From the human T2T-CHM13v2.0 reference genome, Homo sapiens, in NCBI RefSeq assembly GCF_009914755.1, contig NC_060931.1: a stretch of DNA of 64,000 bases. One strand, given 5' to 3'. This document shows positions 1-19,147 of this stretch, in pieces. Positions within the stretch are counted from its first letter, which is position 1. Every line of letters starts with the position of its first letter. The translations under genes were made by a program, and so were the position numbers. Under the pieces are notes generated by a model that saw only the letters and a program-made list of their open reading frames with translations, had not been told where the DNA came from and made no database searches.

Positions 1-99
1 CTGGCTCAGCTCAGGGAGGAAGCCCTGCCTGAAAAAGCTGCAACTCTATTTTCATTCAGCCCTGCACCTGAGCACGTCTTCTGTCACTCAGGGCCTAAA

Positions 100-358
100 G
101 GGGTATGGTGTTAAACGTTATCCAATCAGGGACTCTGGGCTGGGATCCATCCAATCAGGCACGCAGCTGGAGTGGACAGGACGGCTTTCGAGATTTGGCG
201 CGGCCTTTGTCTCTGGCTGCAGTCGTAGCTCCAGGTCTTTTCTTCTCTGTTCTGTGTCTTCTGCTCCTAGAGGCCCAGCTTCTGTGTCCCTGTGACCTGT
301 AGGTATTGGGAGATCCACAGCTAAGATGCCAGGACCCCCTGGGAAGCCTAGAAAAATG
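100..358 (+). promoter_or_regulatory. Promoter and exon 1 of a ZNF91-subfamily KRAB-ZNF gene or gene remnant
   Basis: Two CCAATCAGG boxes at 122 and 151. The 5'UTR 'gcctttgtctct...ggtattgggagatccacagctaag' is characteristic of the family. The exon ends ATG|gtgagt (356-358, donor at 359), and CpG-rich sequence continues to ~700. Confidence 0.85.
326..358 (+). CDS. Coding part of exon 1, MPGPPGKPRKM, followed by a GT donor; no downstream coding exons found in the window
   Basis: ATG CCA GGA CCC CCT GGG AAG CCT AGA AAA ATG|gt. This resembles the ZNF91 N-terminus MPGTPGSLEM, which normally splices to the KRAB-A exon. Confidence 0.55.
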
Positions 359-743
359 GTGAGTCTGCTGGGTCAGACACCCCGAGAGAGGGGGAGGGGC
401 TGGTTGGAACCAGTCTGAAGTGGCTGTGGCGGGACTCCGGCCTCCCCGCTGTCGGCTCCAAAATCCTTGGCCAGAGTTGTCCTTGGTACAGCTCGGCCCT
501 CAGTCCCCTTCAGCCATAAGATGGCGGCTGAGCTGACAGCCAGGACCCCGGGCGTCCTGTCTCCTCCCTGCGCGGTGACTGTGCCATGGCCTGGAGCTCT
601 CGCTGGGCAGCTCTGCACCGGCATCGCCGCATCTCTCCCCATTGTGCCGGGACCACGGGACGGTAGTCAAGGGAAAATCCTGACTCAGGGTGTGGGGTTC
701 ATGAATGAGAAGAGCTTTGGGCCGTGGTGTTTCCAGTGCCCCC

Positions 744-774
<31 letters not shown>

Positions 775-796
775 GATTAAAAATTTATGGGAGTCG

Positions 797-1120
<324 letters not shown>

Positions 1121-1150
1121 TTAAAGAACAAAATCAAAGAGTAATTCAAG

Positions 1151-1464
<314 letters not shown>

Positions 1465-1614
1465 TCAAGAATTGAAGAGCACCCAGCTAGCAGCTATGGT
1501 GTGTAGTTTGTGGTCCATGAAAAACTTTATATATAAAAGTTTATTTATTTTTATTTATAATGAGATTTTACTGCTTTTCTTATATCTCTACATAGTACTT
1601 TCTATAACGATTCC

Positions 1615-1940
1615 TTTTTTTATTTTTTTGTTTTTTTTTTTATACTTTAAGTTCTAGGGTACATGTGCACAACGTGTAGCTTTGTTACATATGTATACAT
1701 GTGCCATGTTGGTGTGCTGCACCCGTTACCTTGTCATTTACATTAGGTGTATCTCCTAATGCTATCCCTCTCTCCTCCCCCGACCCCACGACAGGCCCCG
1801 GTGTGTGATGTTCCCCACCCTGTGTCCAAGTGTTCTCATTGTTCAATTCCCACCTATGAGTGAGAACATGCGGTGTTTGGTTTTCTGTCCTTGAGATAGT
1901 TTGCTCAGAATGGTGGTTTCCAGCTTCATCCATGTCCCTA
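1615..1940 (-). mobile_element. L1PA 3' end, 5'-truncated
   Basis: Poly-T followed by 'tatactttaagttctagggtacatgtgcacaacgtg...cagcttcatccatgtccct', the reverse complement of the L1PA 3'UTR. Confidence 0.92.
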
Positions 1941-2159
1941 AAACTTTAAATATAAAAGAAAAACTTTATATATAAAGTGCATGATGGAGAAACCCAAATT
2001 CAATAACTGATTTAGTAGAGTTATGTAGTTTCTTAATTTGTACGATCAAGGTGGACATTTCCTGGTTAGGTATTCATTGGTTAATTGGCAGTTTATAGTT
2101 GGTTAAGGCTGAATTTTGTTTCCCCAAAGAGTAATTTACAAAAAAAAATGCATTAGATT

Positions 2160-3873
<1,714 letters not shown>

Positions 3874-4320
3874 TTAATCATTTTTTGATAAAGCGTTGGA
3901 TGGCACTTTGTTTTCTGTTTGAAATTATTTCCCATGAGAAGAAAGCAGAATAATTCCCCTGACGCTTTATTGTAAAAAATCTCTGTGCCTCTTTTCCTTT
4001 TATCTTTCCTAGCCACAGAGATTTTATCAGAATGTTTTTGGGTGAAGGTTTCCCTTTGGAAACTTTATGGAGTGATGCGTCCTTAGCCACCCTTCAGTTT
4101 TTTTCTGGTCCTGGGTTTCAGTACTGTCTGGGGATAAATCAAGATATCCACTGTGGCTATGTCGGCTAGAGTGTCTAGTGAATATCAGCTCCTGAGTCAT
4201 TTTCTCCCATAAGACAACCTGAGGTATGGAGTGTAGCCTCTCAAGGGAGCCAGGTGGGTGCCCTGGGGCTGAAAGGAATCTCCTGGTGTAGTCTTCCTCG
4301 GAAAAGCAAACCTTTTTAGA

Positions 4321-4915
4321 TTTTTTTTTTTTTTTTTTTTTTGAGACAGAGTCGCGAAAACTGGAGTGGAGTGGCGCGATCTTGGCTCACTGCAACCTCT
4401 GCTTCCCAGCTTCAAGCAATTCTTCTGCCTCAGCCTCCCAAGTCGCTGGGATTACAGGCGCCCACCACACCCAGCTAATTTTGTTGTTGTTATTGTTGTT
4501 TGTCTCGCTCTGTCGCCCAGGCTGGAGTGTAGTGGCGCGATCTCCGCTCACTGCAAGCTCCGCCTCCCGGATTCATGCCATTCTCTAGCCTCCTGCCTCA
4601 GCCTCCCGAGTAGCTGGGACTACTGGCGCCTGCCACCACGCCCGGCTAATTTTTTGTATTTTTCATAGAGATGGGGTTTCACCATGTTAGCCAGGATGGT
4701 CTCGATCTCCTGACCTCATGATCTGCCTGCCTCGGCCTCTCAAAGTGCTGGGATTACAGGCGTGAGCCACCGCGCCCGGCCTAATTTTTGTGTTTTTAGT
4801 AGAGATGGGGTTTTGTCATGTTGGCCAGGCTGGTTTCGAACTCCTGACCCCAGGTAATCTGCCCATCTCGGTCTCCCAAAGTGCTGGGATTACAGGCGTG
4901 AGCTACCGTGTCCAG
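4321..4915 (-). mobile_element. Nested Alus: AluY-like (~4481-4780) inside the linker of an AluS
   Basis: A right arm, then a complete Alu with a (ttg)n tail, then a left arm. 'ctaatttt' is repeated around the inner element. Confidence 0.88.
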
Positions 4916-5843
4916 GCTTTTTTAGATATTAAGATTGTCTTTGCCCAACCCAGCTTATTTCTTGGAGACACATTGCTGGTCAGCCAATCAGATGCTGCCA
5001 TTGAGGGTGAAGCACAGAAATAATTTCTGCCACCTGTATTCTCTAAGATTTGTGAAAGAAAAAGTAGTATCCCCAAAGACAAAAAACCCAAACATGACCC
5101 CAGTGAAATGGTGCAAGAACTTGCAAAGTAAAAAGCATCTGGGGCACTCACTGAGGCATAGGGCAGTGTCTCCTGAGAGGGTGGTCTTTGAGAACTTAAA
5201 TAAGTAGGATGGGGTGGGAGAATCTTTCAAGTGATTAGATGGCCTGATTTGACACGTGAGTCAGACACATTTGTTTTCTCATCAGTACTGCCACTCTTTA
5301 GGTTTGTTACCTTGAAAAAATTTGTTCACTTATTTTGACTTCAGCTTTTAAACTGTAACTTGCATTTTATTAGTGGGACTTAAAAGGTAAGAAAATGTTC
5401 ACAAAGGGTATCAAAGAGGTGGGTTTCAGAGTAAATTAATACCTAATTTCATACTCCATTTGTTAACGATTCTCATTTACCTTTTTCTTGCCCAGAGTGA
5501 GTTCTGGAATTTTCTCAGGTGTGTGTGTCTTTTTTAAATGGCTGGGTGATTACAAACAGAATTCCAAGACTTAGCTTTTAGAATGCTACCAAGGAAAAGA
5601 ATAGAAAAAAACTCTCTTTCATTTTGGCTGCAGAAAATAAATACATTTCCACAAGAAAATGTGGTAAATAATTGGTGAGTTACATAGATTTATGAAAACA
5701 TCAGTTCCTCCTTTGGCAGAGTAAATTTGTGACACTATGTTCTATATCCTATCATCTTGATTTCTGAGATTTATGCTAAATTTTATGAGCTGAAACTTGA
5801 TACTCCTAGAAGTGTTCCCATATGACTAGTTGTCTACTACATA

Positions 5844-6002
5844 ATTTTTTTTTTTTTGAGACAATCTCGCTCTGTCGCCTAGGCTGGAGTGCAGTGGCAC
5901 AAGCTGGACTCACTGCAACCTCTGCCTCCCACGTTGAAGTGATTCTCCTGCCTCAGCCTCCCGAGTAGCTGGGACTACAGGTGTGTGCCACCATGCCCGG
6001 CT

Positions 6003-6043
<41 letters not shown>

Positions 6044-6173
6044 TAGAGATGGGATTTCACCGTGTTACCCAGGATGGTCTCGGTCTCCTGACCTCGTGAT
6101 CCTGACCTCATGATCCACACGCCTCAGCCTCCCAAAGTGCTGGGATCACAGGTGTGAGCCACCACGCCTGGCC
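5844..6173 (-). mobile_element. Alu (Sc/Y-like) with an expanded T linker
   Basis: Reverse Alu with TSD tactacataattttt. Confidence 0.92.
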
Positions 6174-6205
6174 TACTACATAATTTTTAATAGAAATAAT
6201 AATGG

Positions 6206-6876
<671 letters not shown>

Positions 6877-7524
6877 TTCTTCTCTTATATTAACACCATG
6901 TTTGAGTAATTTTGCTGGATTTTTCAAACACTTAGTTTCAAAAACCAAATGAATAACTGACATGGAAATTAAGGCTTGAGCCCTGTGACTTCAAGCTAAG
7001 GCTAATATTGAGTCTGCAAAAGGAGGTTATTAAAAGTCCCAGTTAGTTCTTTCTGGGGAGCCGCCCCTGCAGATGTCCCAGCTTGCTCACACCAGCCGTG
7101 GAAGAAGCCTTTATACTGAGAGAAGCTACAGACCCCTGGAAAGCTGGGGACCCACAGGCAGATGCAGTTAAAGTTAAAATGGAAAAGGAATGGGAGGGTC
7201 TTACTGAAAATAAAGTTGTTATTGTTTTGAGGCAGTTTCTAGATTTTGTAAAATAAAACAAAATTAGGTTTCTATTAAAACATTTGAATTTTAAAAGAGT
7301 ATTGCAACAGAAGGAAGTACCAGCTATAAAATCTTTAAGGATTGCAAAGTTTAGGCAGACAAAGGCTTTCTTTCGTAGGGAGGAGAAAACAAGATTAGAA
7401 AGAAGGTGGAAGGGGAATGGCAAATGGAGTGAGAAAATATCAAGATTTTGGATTAGGAAGTGTTGTACCCTGAAGTCAGCATGTTCTTAGGAAGGATATA
7501 AAATGGAATTGTATGTTGGCTCAG

Positions 7525-7792
7525 ACTGGTGGGAGGGATCTAGGCAGTATGGCTTGCTGCCTGGATGGATGTTGATAAGATGTTCTTGTGGTCAGGCAGT
7601 TTGGCCCTTTTTCCAGCAAGATGTAATAAGGAGGTTGCTTGGACTGTTACACAGACGTGTGTGATAAGAAAATCCTGTGGTTGGGCAGGATGTTTGGCAC
7701 GGCCCGAATCCCCGTGGAATGTTTCATTCTGACCATGGTCTGCGAAATGGTGGTGGTGGGGGGCTTACAAAATGGTGCAGCTTGGACTAACA
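7525..7792 (-). mobile_element. Probable ERV1-type LTR fragment (family not assigned)
   Basis: The reverse strand begins TGTTAGTCCAAGCTGCACCATTTTGTAAG, an LTR-like 5' terminus. The other end was not recognised. Confidence 0.4.
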
Positions 7793-8102
7793 ATCAGAAT
7801 TCAAGTTTTAGACAGTGCGTTGGTGTTGGAGAATTACTTGATATTCAGCAAACTACAGATTTGGTGCCAGAAGAAAGATATCTCAGAGGCCTGGCCTGGA
7901 ATGTAACTCTAGGTATCTGGGAAAGGGAGGCTCTGCTCTCCTGTACACAGGCTGTCACACTGCCCATTGTCCTGTGATTCAGGTCACCTCCCAGGGTGAG
8001 AGAGGACTGAAAACTTAAAGGAAAGGAGCGCTGATAACAGATCCCCTTTTCCCCACAGCTACCACCACAGGATTTTCACCCACTAACAAAGATACCTACT
8101 AG

Positions 8103-9798
<1,696 letters not shown>

Positions 9799-10127
9799 GA
9801 TGCTAGACATTGAGGTGTTCACACCCCTCCCAGGAATAGACACCACCCCCCAGGAATTTCACCACAGCATATTTTATCCTGGTATTTCTTGCCAAAACCC
9901 TCAAAAGTGTCCACAAGGCTCCTGACATATTCCTATACCAAGACACTGAATCTGCAGTACGAACCCGTTTTCTCCACCAGCCTGGGATTCTGGACCATCT
10001 GTTCATAATCTCATCTGCCTTCATGGACACAAATGAGAGGACAGCGGCACCTGGGCCACTATCTGTAGCATAGACCAGATACATTGTACTGTCCTTCCAC
10101 CTACATTGTACTGTCCCCCACCCATGG

Positions 10128-10477
<350 letters not shown>

Positions 10478-10848
10478 TGATTCAGGGGTACACGTGCAGG
10501 ATTGTTTTATAGATAAAACTGTGTTATGGGGCTATGGTGTGCAGATTATTTTGTTGCTGAGGTACAAGCATAGCACTAAACAAGTATTGATTTGATCCTT
10601 TTTGTCCTTTCATCCTCCACCCTGAATTAGGCTTTAGTGTCTGTTGTTCCTCTCTTTGTGTCCATGTGTTCTTATTATTTAGCTCTTATAAATGAGAAAA
10701 TGCATTTGGCTTTGTTTCTGCATTAATTTTCTAAAGATAATGGTCTCCAGCTCTATCCATGTTGCTGCAAAGAAAATAATCTTGGTCTTTTTTATGGCCA
10801 CACAGTATTCCATGATGTTTATGTACCATATTTTGTTTTTATTAAGCC

Positions 10849-11455
<607 letters not shown>

Positions 11456-12184
11456 GCCATATTATATTTTCTTTATCCAGTCTACCATTGATAGGTATAC
11501 CAGGTGATTCTATGTTTTTGTTATTGTGAATAGGGCTGCAGTGAACATACATGTGCATGTGTCTTTATGATAAAATAATTTATATTACTTTGGTTATATA
11601 TCCAATTATGAGGTTGCTTAGTTAAATGGTAATTCTCTTTTTAGTTTTGTGATAAACACACTCCTTTTCACAGTGGTTGAAATAATTTATACTCCCACTA
11701 ATAGTGTATACCATTCCTTTCTCACTTCAACCTTGCCAGCATCTGTGATTTTTTGACTTTAATAATAGCAATTCTGACTGGTGTGAGATGCTATTGTGGT
11801 TTTTCTCTGCATTTCTCTAATAACTAGTGATGTGCATTTTTTCATATGCTTGTTAGCCACATGTATGTCTTTTTTGAAAAGCATCTGTTCATGTCTTTTG
11901 CCTACTTTATAATGTTGTTTTTATAAATTTATGTATGTTCCTTATGGATGCTGGATGTTAGACGTTTCTCAGAAGCATAGTTTGCAAATATTTTCTTTTA
12001 GTTTGTAGGTTGTCTGTTTACTGTGTTGATAGTTTTCTCTGCTGTGAAATACCTCTTTAATTAGGTCCCATTTGTCAATTTTTGCTTTTGTTTCAATTGC
12101 TTTTCTTACCTTCATCATAAAATTATTGCCAGTTTCTATGTCCAGAATGGTATTTCCTAGGTTATCTTCCAGGGTATTTTATAA

Positions 12185-12590
<406 letters not shown>

Positions 12591-12937
12591 TAATTATTAC
12601 AGCACTATTTATTAATAGGGAATTCTTCCCACATTCCCCTTGTCAGCTTTGTTGAAGATCAGATGGTTGTAGATGTGTGGCATTATTTCTGGGCTCTATT
12701 CTGTTGCATTGGTCTATGAATCTGTTTTTGTACTAGTGCCATGCTGCTTTAATTACTGTAGTTCTTTAGTATAGTTTGAAATTGGGTGATGTAATGTCTC
12801 CAGCTTTGTTCTTTTTGCTTAGAAGTGCCTTGGCTATTTGGGCTCTTTGTTGGTTCCATGTGAATTTTTAAATAGTTTTGTTGTTGTTGTTGAGCATGTT
12901 TTTGGTAGTTTGGTAGGAATAACATTAGATCTGTACA

Positions 12938-13227
12938 TTTCTTTTTTTTTTTTTTTTTTTTTGAGACAGAGTCTCGCTCTTTCACCCAGGCCAGATTGCA
13001 GTGGCACTATCTTGGCTCACTGCAAGCTCTGCCTCCTGGGTTCACGCCATCCTCCTGCCTCAGCCTCCCAAGTAGCTGGGACTACAGGTGCCCACCACCA
13101 CGCCTGGCTAATTGTTTGTATTTTTAGTAGAGATGGGGTTTCACTGTGTTAGCCAGGATGATCGTGACCTGCCTGCCTCAGCCTCCCAAAGTGCTGGGAT
13201 TACAGGCGTGAGCCACTGGGCCCGGCC
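12938..13227 (-). mobile_element. AluY/Sc inside the L1, no TSD seen
   Basis: Reverse Alu with a short internal deletion near 13160; the two flanks differ. Confidence 0.88.
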
Positions 13228-13806
13228 TATGGATTGGCTTTTTGATGTGCTGCGGGATTCAGTTTGCCAGTATTTTGTTGAAGATTTTTGCATCAGTGGT
13301 CATCAAGAATATTGGCCTGAAGTTTTCTTTTTCTGTTTTAGCTCTGCTAGGTTTTGGTATCAGAATGATGCTATTCTTATATAATATGTTGGGGAGGAGT
13401 GCCTTAATTTTTTGGAATAGTTTTAGAAGAAATGGTAGCAGCTCTTTTTTGTACCTCTGGTAAAATTCAGCTGTGAATCTCTCTGGTCCTGGGGTTTTCT
13501 TGGTTGCTAGGTTACTTATTAGTAATTCAGTTTTGAAGCTTGTTATTGGTCTATTCAGGGATTCAATTTTTGTTGTTGTTCAGTTTTGTTAGGATGTATT
13601 CAGAAATTTATTCATTTTAGATTTTCTAGTTTGTGTGCGTAGAGGTGTTCATAGTAGATTTCAATAGTTATTTGTATTTTAATGTCTAAATCTCCTTTAG
13701 TACAGATCTAATTTTGGTTATTATTTGCCTTCTGCTAGCTTAGGGGTTGGTTTTCTCTTGCTTCTCTCATACTTTTATTATGTTAGGTTGTTGAGAACTT
13801 TTTAAC

Positions 13807-14100
13807 TTTTTTTTTTTTGAGACAGAGTCTCACTCTGTCGCCCAGGCTGGAATGCAGTGGCGTGATCTCGGCTCACTGCAAGCTCTGCCTCCCAGGTTCA
13901 CGCCATTCTCCTGCCTCAGCCTCCTGAGTAGCTGGGACTACAGGCACCCGCCATCACGCCCAGCTAATTTTTTGTATTTTTAATACAGACAGGGTTTCAC
14001 CGTGTTAGCCAGGATGGTCTTGATCTCCTGACCTCGTGATCCGCCCACCTTAGCCTCCTAAAGTGCTGGGGTTACAGGCGTGAGCCACCACACCCGGGCC
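13807..14100 (-). mobile_element. AluY inside the L1
   Basis: TSD actttttaacttttt. Confidence 0.92.
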
Positions 14101-14816
14101 CACTTTTTAACTTTTTGATGTGAGCATTTAGTGCTATAAATTTTCCTCTTAACACTGCCTTAGCTGTGTTGCAGAGATTCTGGTATGTTGTACTTTGTTC
14201 TCATTTGTTTCAAATAATGTTTTGATTTCTGCCTTAATTTCATTATTTACCCAAAAGTCATTCAGGTGCAGCTTGTTTAATTTCCATGTAATTATATGGT
14301 TTCAAGTGGTTATCTTTGTATTGAATTATATTTTTATCAAGCTGTGATCTGAGTGTGTGGTTGGTATGATTTTGGGATGTTTGAATTTGCTAAGAATTGT
14401 TTTATTTCTGATTGTGTGGTCAATATTTTAGAGTATGTGCCACATGGTGATGGAGAATAATGTATATTATGTTGTTTTTAAATAAAGTTCTGTAGATGTC
14501 TATTTAGGAGAGTTCTGTGGATGTCTATTAGGACCATTTGTTCGAGTGATGAGTTTGGGTCCTAATATCTTCATAAAATTCCTGCCTCAGTGATCTATTA
14601 GTGTTTCTGGGGTGTTGTCTCTTGTTATTGTGTGAGAATCCAAGTTTCTTCATAAATCTCTAAGAATTTGCTTTTTAAATAACACCTTTCTCTCTTCTGC
14701 TTTTCTCCCCACAAACATTCTTTCAGTGTGCAAAATTCAGATGTCCTGGAGTTCAAGAACATGTCCAGAGACCTGGCTATTGTAGGAGAAAATATAAATT
14801 AGAAAGAAGAGGCTTT

Positions 14817-15110
<294 letters not shown>

Positions 15111-15293
15111 GAGTCTTTATTCTCCTTTGTTAAAAATAAGAGAGGATATTTTGCCAATCTCTCTTTTCTTAAAGCATTCAGATTATATGTAGATTTTTTC
15201 TTTGTTTTGAAAGATATGTAAATCATAGTAACAGCCATAGAAACCTTTTGTTACTATTTTTGACTCAAGATTGTCTTTATCTAGTACCTCAGA

Positions 15294-16700
15294 TTTATTT
15301 GTTTTTGTTTTTTTATTTTTGGTCTTTTAAAGTAGACTGATTTGTTTAGATTAAAGCTCATTTTAAGACACACAAAAGTTGAGCACAAGGATAGGATTAA
15401 ATTTAGCAGTACAGAATGATAGACTTTACTATACTGAGTAAGTTCTTTTGACAAAAAATACTGATTATCCAAAGTAGTTATGCAATATTTGCAGGCTGAA
15501 GTACTTACACTGCAAAAGGTTCAGTGTATGAAAAGTGAAGTCTGGAGTTGTACTTTGATTTCTGTTTATTTCTTCAGAACAGTAAGAATAGTTATGTGTA
15601 GTGTTTGTAGAAAAAATTAAACAGTATTTTCTACAATAGTATGAATATAAAGCCACAGTATTTACTTTGAATAGATCCCTTAAATGGTCATTTTAAATCG
15701 TTATTCATACTTCTGCAATATAAAGGGTTTTAATTGAATTATGGTTACAGACAACTTAAAAAATTTTTATGTACATTATGGCTAGTACACAAATTATACT
15801 TAGATATTTACATCTAATATCCAAAGAAAATTCACTACCAAATTGTTACAGTAGATATTAGTCTCACATGCTTATTAATTTATCCAAAGGCATAATTATA
15901 GGTAAGCATGATTTTAGTGTCTTTCATTTCACTAAATTGGAATGCTGCTATTACAGGACAAATAAACAAGGACGATGTGGGCACCCAAAAACCATAATAC
16001 CTCTTTAGTTAGCCATGTTGCAAACTCAAATATATTCCACTGTATGAACAAAGTCATATTTCAATTCTTCATCCAAAAAGTGCTGATGGAAATTGTCAGA
16101 TGTATTTCAATATAAATCCCCTATTCAATGGCTAGGAGATGAGAGCCCCAGAGATGGGAGAGAAACCTTACTAAATTCTGCTGAGAATATGCCCCCTTTC
16201 TTCATAACACTCATGTTTCTCATGCTGAGAGTAGCTGTGCACTTTGAGTGTTTAGAAAGAAATTTCGTTTAGGGGAATATTTTCTGGTAAACTTGATCAA
16301 TCTTATATCTAATCTGAGTTTTTTAAAGAATGCTTTTAACTTCTTTTTCTCAATATAATCTTGCTCAGACTGAGAGCTGTTTTTCTTCCAATGCTTTGGG
16401 TTTCTGTTTCAGAAGCCCTATTAATATCCCATGGTGTCTATGAATGAGGTGGGCTATCATAGTGAAAACCCTTGGAGCTATCTCTATCCGGACTTGTCTT
16501 GGAAATCCAGCAGTATTTTTTCATGTCACCTAGAAAGTGAGGCTGAAACACTGCTCCCGTTTCCATTCTTGCGAAGGTGCAGTCCTACCCAGGAGGCCTG
16601 CAGGCTCTCCTGCAGCTCAGGCCTCACTCTCTGACGCGGCACTGGAGTGATGTTGTGGCAATTGGTGTCCATGTAATATGTGAGCTGTATGCTGTGGGCT
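15294..16700 (-). pseudogene. BNIP3: Old processed BNIP3 pseudogene, antisense in the ZNF intron; former CDS ~16637 to 16072
   Basis: The reverse strand encodes decayed BNIP3 motifs ([37 protein letters not shown]). It is intronless, ATG is lost (GCG), and the 3'UTR runs to a T-rich tract at ~15294-15320. BNIP3 pseudogenes are known passengers in ZNF91-family introns. Confidence 0.9.
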
Positions 16701-17459
16701 GTGCCTCAGTAGCAGATGGTAGGGGTCAAAAGATGACACCAGCCACCAGTAGAAGGCAAGTAGGTGTGCTACATACAGCCCAGTGCTCAGGGAGTAGACA
16801 GCCATTGCTTTAAAATGTAAATGATCAAAAAGATAGTGCCCTTTTCAATCATTTTTGTAAAAGAGTGAGAGCCTACCTTCAGCATGCACCTGGATTCAAG
16901 TTGTAAAATTACCACTTGTCATGAAGATGTGAGTTTATTTTGTCATTGTTTATATCAATTAGCACACATGCATGGCCTCCCCCAATTGACAGGTGAATTC
17001 AGGATAAACTATGTATGACATGGTGTGCAAATTCTTCTGCTTGTGGATTAATTATGGTGACCATATTTTTCTCTTTACAATCTCTTAAGGAGATTGACTG
17101 ATGCATGTCACATTCTGATTTAATTGTGTAGTAAAACAGTTTTTTTTTGTTTTTTTGTTTTTTTTTCTATTCTATCATTGTGAAGTTACTCTGGGGCTGG
17201 GGAAAATTTTTATTTTAATTACATTTCCCAAACACTGTCTAGAATTACCAGACGTAATATAAACATGTAAGGTGACAACCAAGGTTTACTCTAGAGGGGC
17301 CTTTCTCTCTCAGGCTTCCAGTCAACTCACAATTGTGCTGCACAGTGGATTTTGTTTCCTAAATGTGCAGGCAGAATTGTTTCTCTGCCTATTTGGTATC
17401 TATAGTCCTCTACAGTCACATCTGGAGAGGTTAGACTAGATTTCTACACACTTCATTAG

Positions 17460-17799
<340 letters not shown>

Positions 17800-17814
17800 A
17801 ATGACTCCTATATC

Positions 17815-18431
17815 TTTTTTTTTTTTTTTTAGATGGAGTTTCACTCTTGTTGCTCAGGCTGGAGTGTAATGGCGCAACCTCCACCTTCCAGGTTCAAGCG
17901 ATTCTCCTGCCTCAGCCTCCCAAGTAGCTGGGATTACAGGCGCCCAAAAAATAAAGACATATACACACAGAATGTGTTTCATGGGTTTGTTTAGGTAATG
18001 CCCATATATGCATGTTTGGTAATAAAGCCTCAGAAGAAAAGTAGATCAGAGGTCATGTCTCTTCCCAACCAAGGCAGAACAGGTGAATTCAATAAGCCAA
18101 CTTTAGGAAAAATGAAGACAACTGATTTTCATATTTTTTGCTGGCTCTTTAAAGTTTACAGAACAAACAAAAAGCAGCCATGTCTGAATAAATCTGCATT
18201 GGGAAAACAACATTTTCATGTGTACTAATGTAATGTTTATTAAGCAGGTGCTATGTGCTGAAGAGATTGTTACAGGACGCCCGCAACCATGCCCAACCAA
18301 TTTTTGTATTTTAAATAGAGATAGGGTTTCACCATGTTGGTCAGGCTGGTTTTGAACCCCTGACCTCAGGTGATCCACCCGCCTTGGCCTCCCAAAGTGC
18401 TGGAATTACAGGCGTGAGCCAGTGCCCAGCC
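17815..18431 (-). mobile_element. AluS split by a ~325-bp non-Alu insert (17946-18270)
   Basis: The Alu stops at 'ttacaggcgccc' (17945) and resumes at 'ttacaggacgccc' (~18270). Confidence 0.82.
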
Positions 18432-18709
18432 AGTGTGTATATGTTTATCCACAATCTTATATTTAAATGTAAATTTAAAAATCCCCCACAAATAACTAGG
18501 TCAGAGGTTCTTTCCATAGCCTTTACCTCCAGGCCAGGTGAATCCAATCAGCCAATTCACTTTGTGAAGATTTATCTAATACAAGCCAAACACCAAACCA
18601 CATTTTTTAATGTGAAAATGTCCTTGATACTGGCTCCAAGGTGTTTTAAATTTAGTTTTTCATTAAATGAGCCCACTTGTGGTTCTAACCATTCATCTAT
18701 AAACAGTCA

Positions 18710-19147
<438 letters not shown>

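Noticed and set aside
1-360. Assigning a specific ZNF symbol or pseudogene number
   Set aside because: Exon 1 is too similar among paralogues to name without a genome search.
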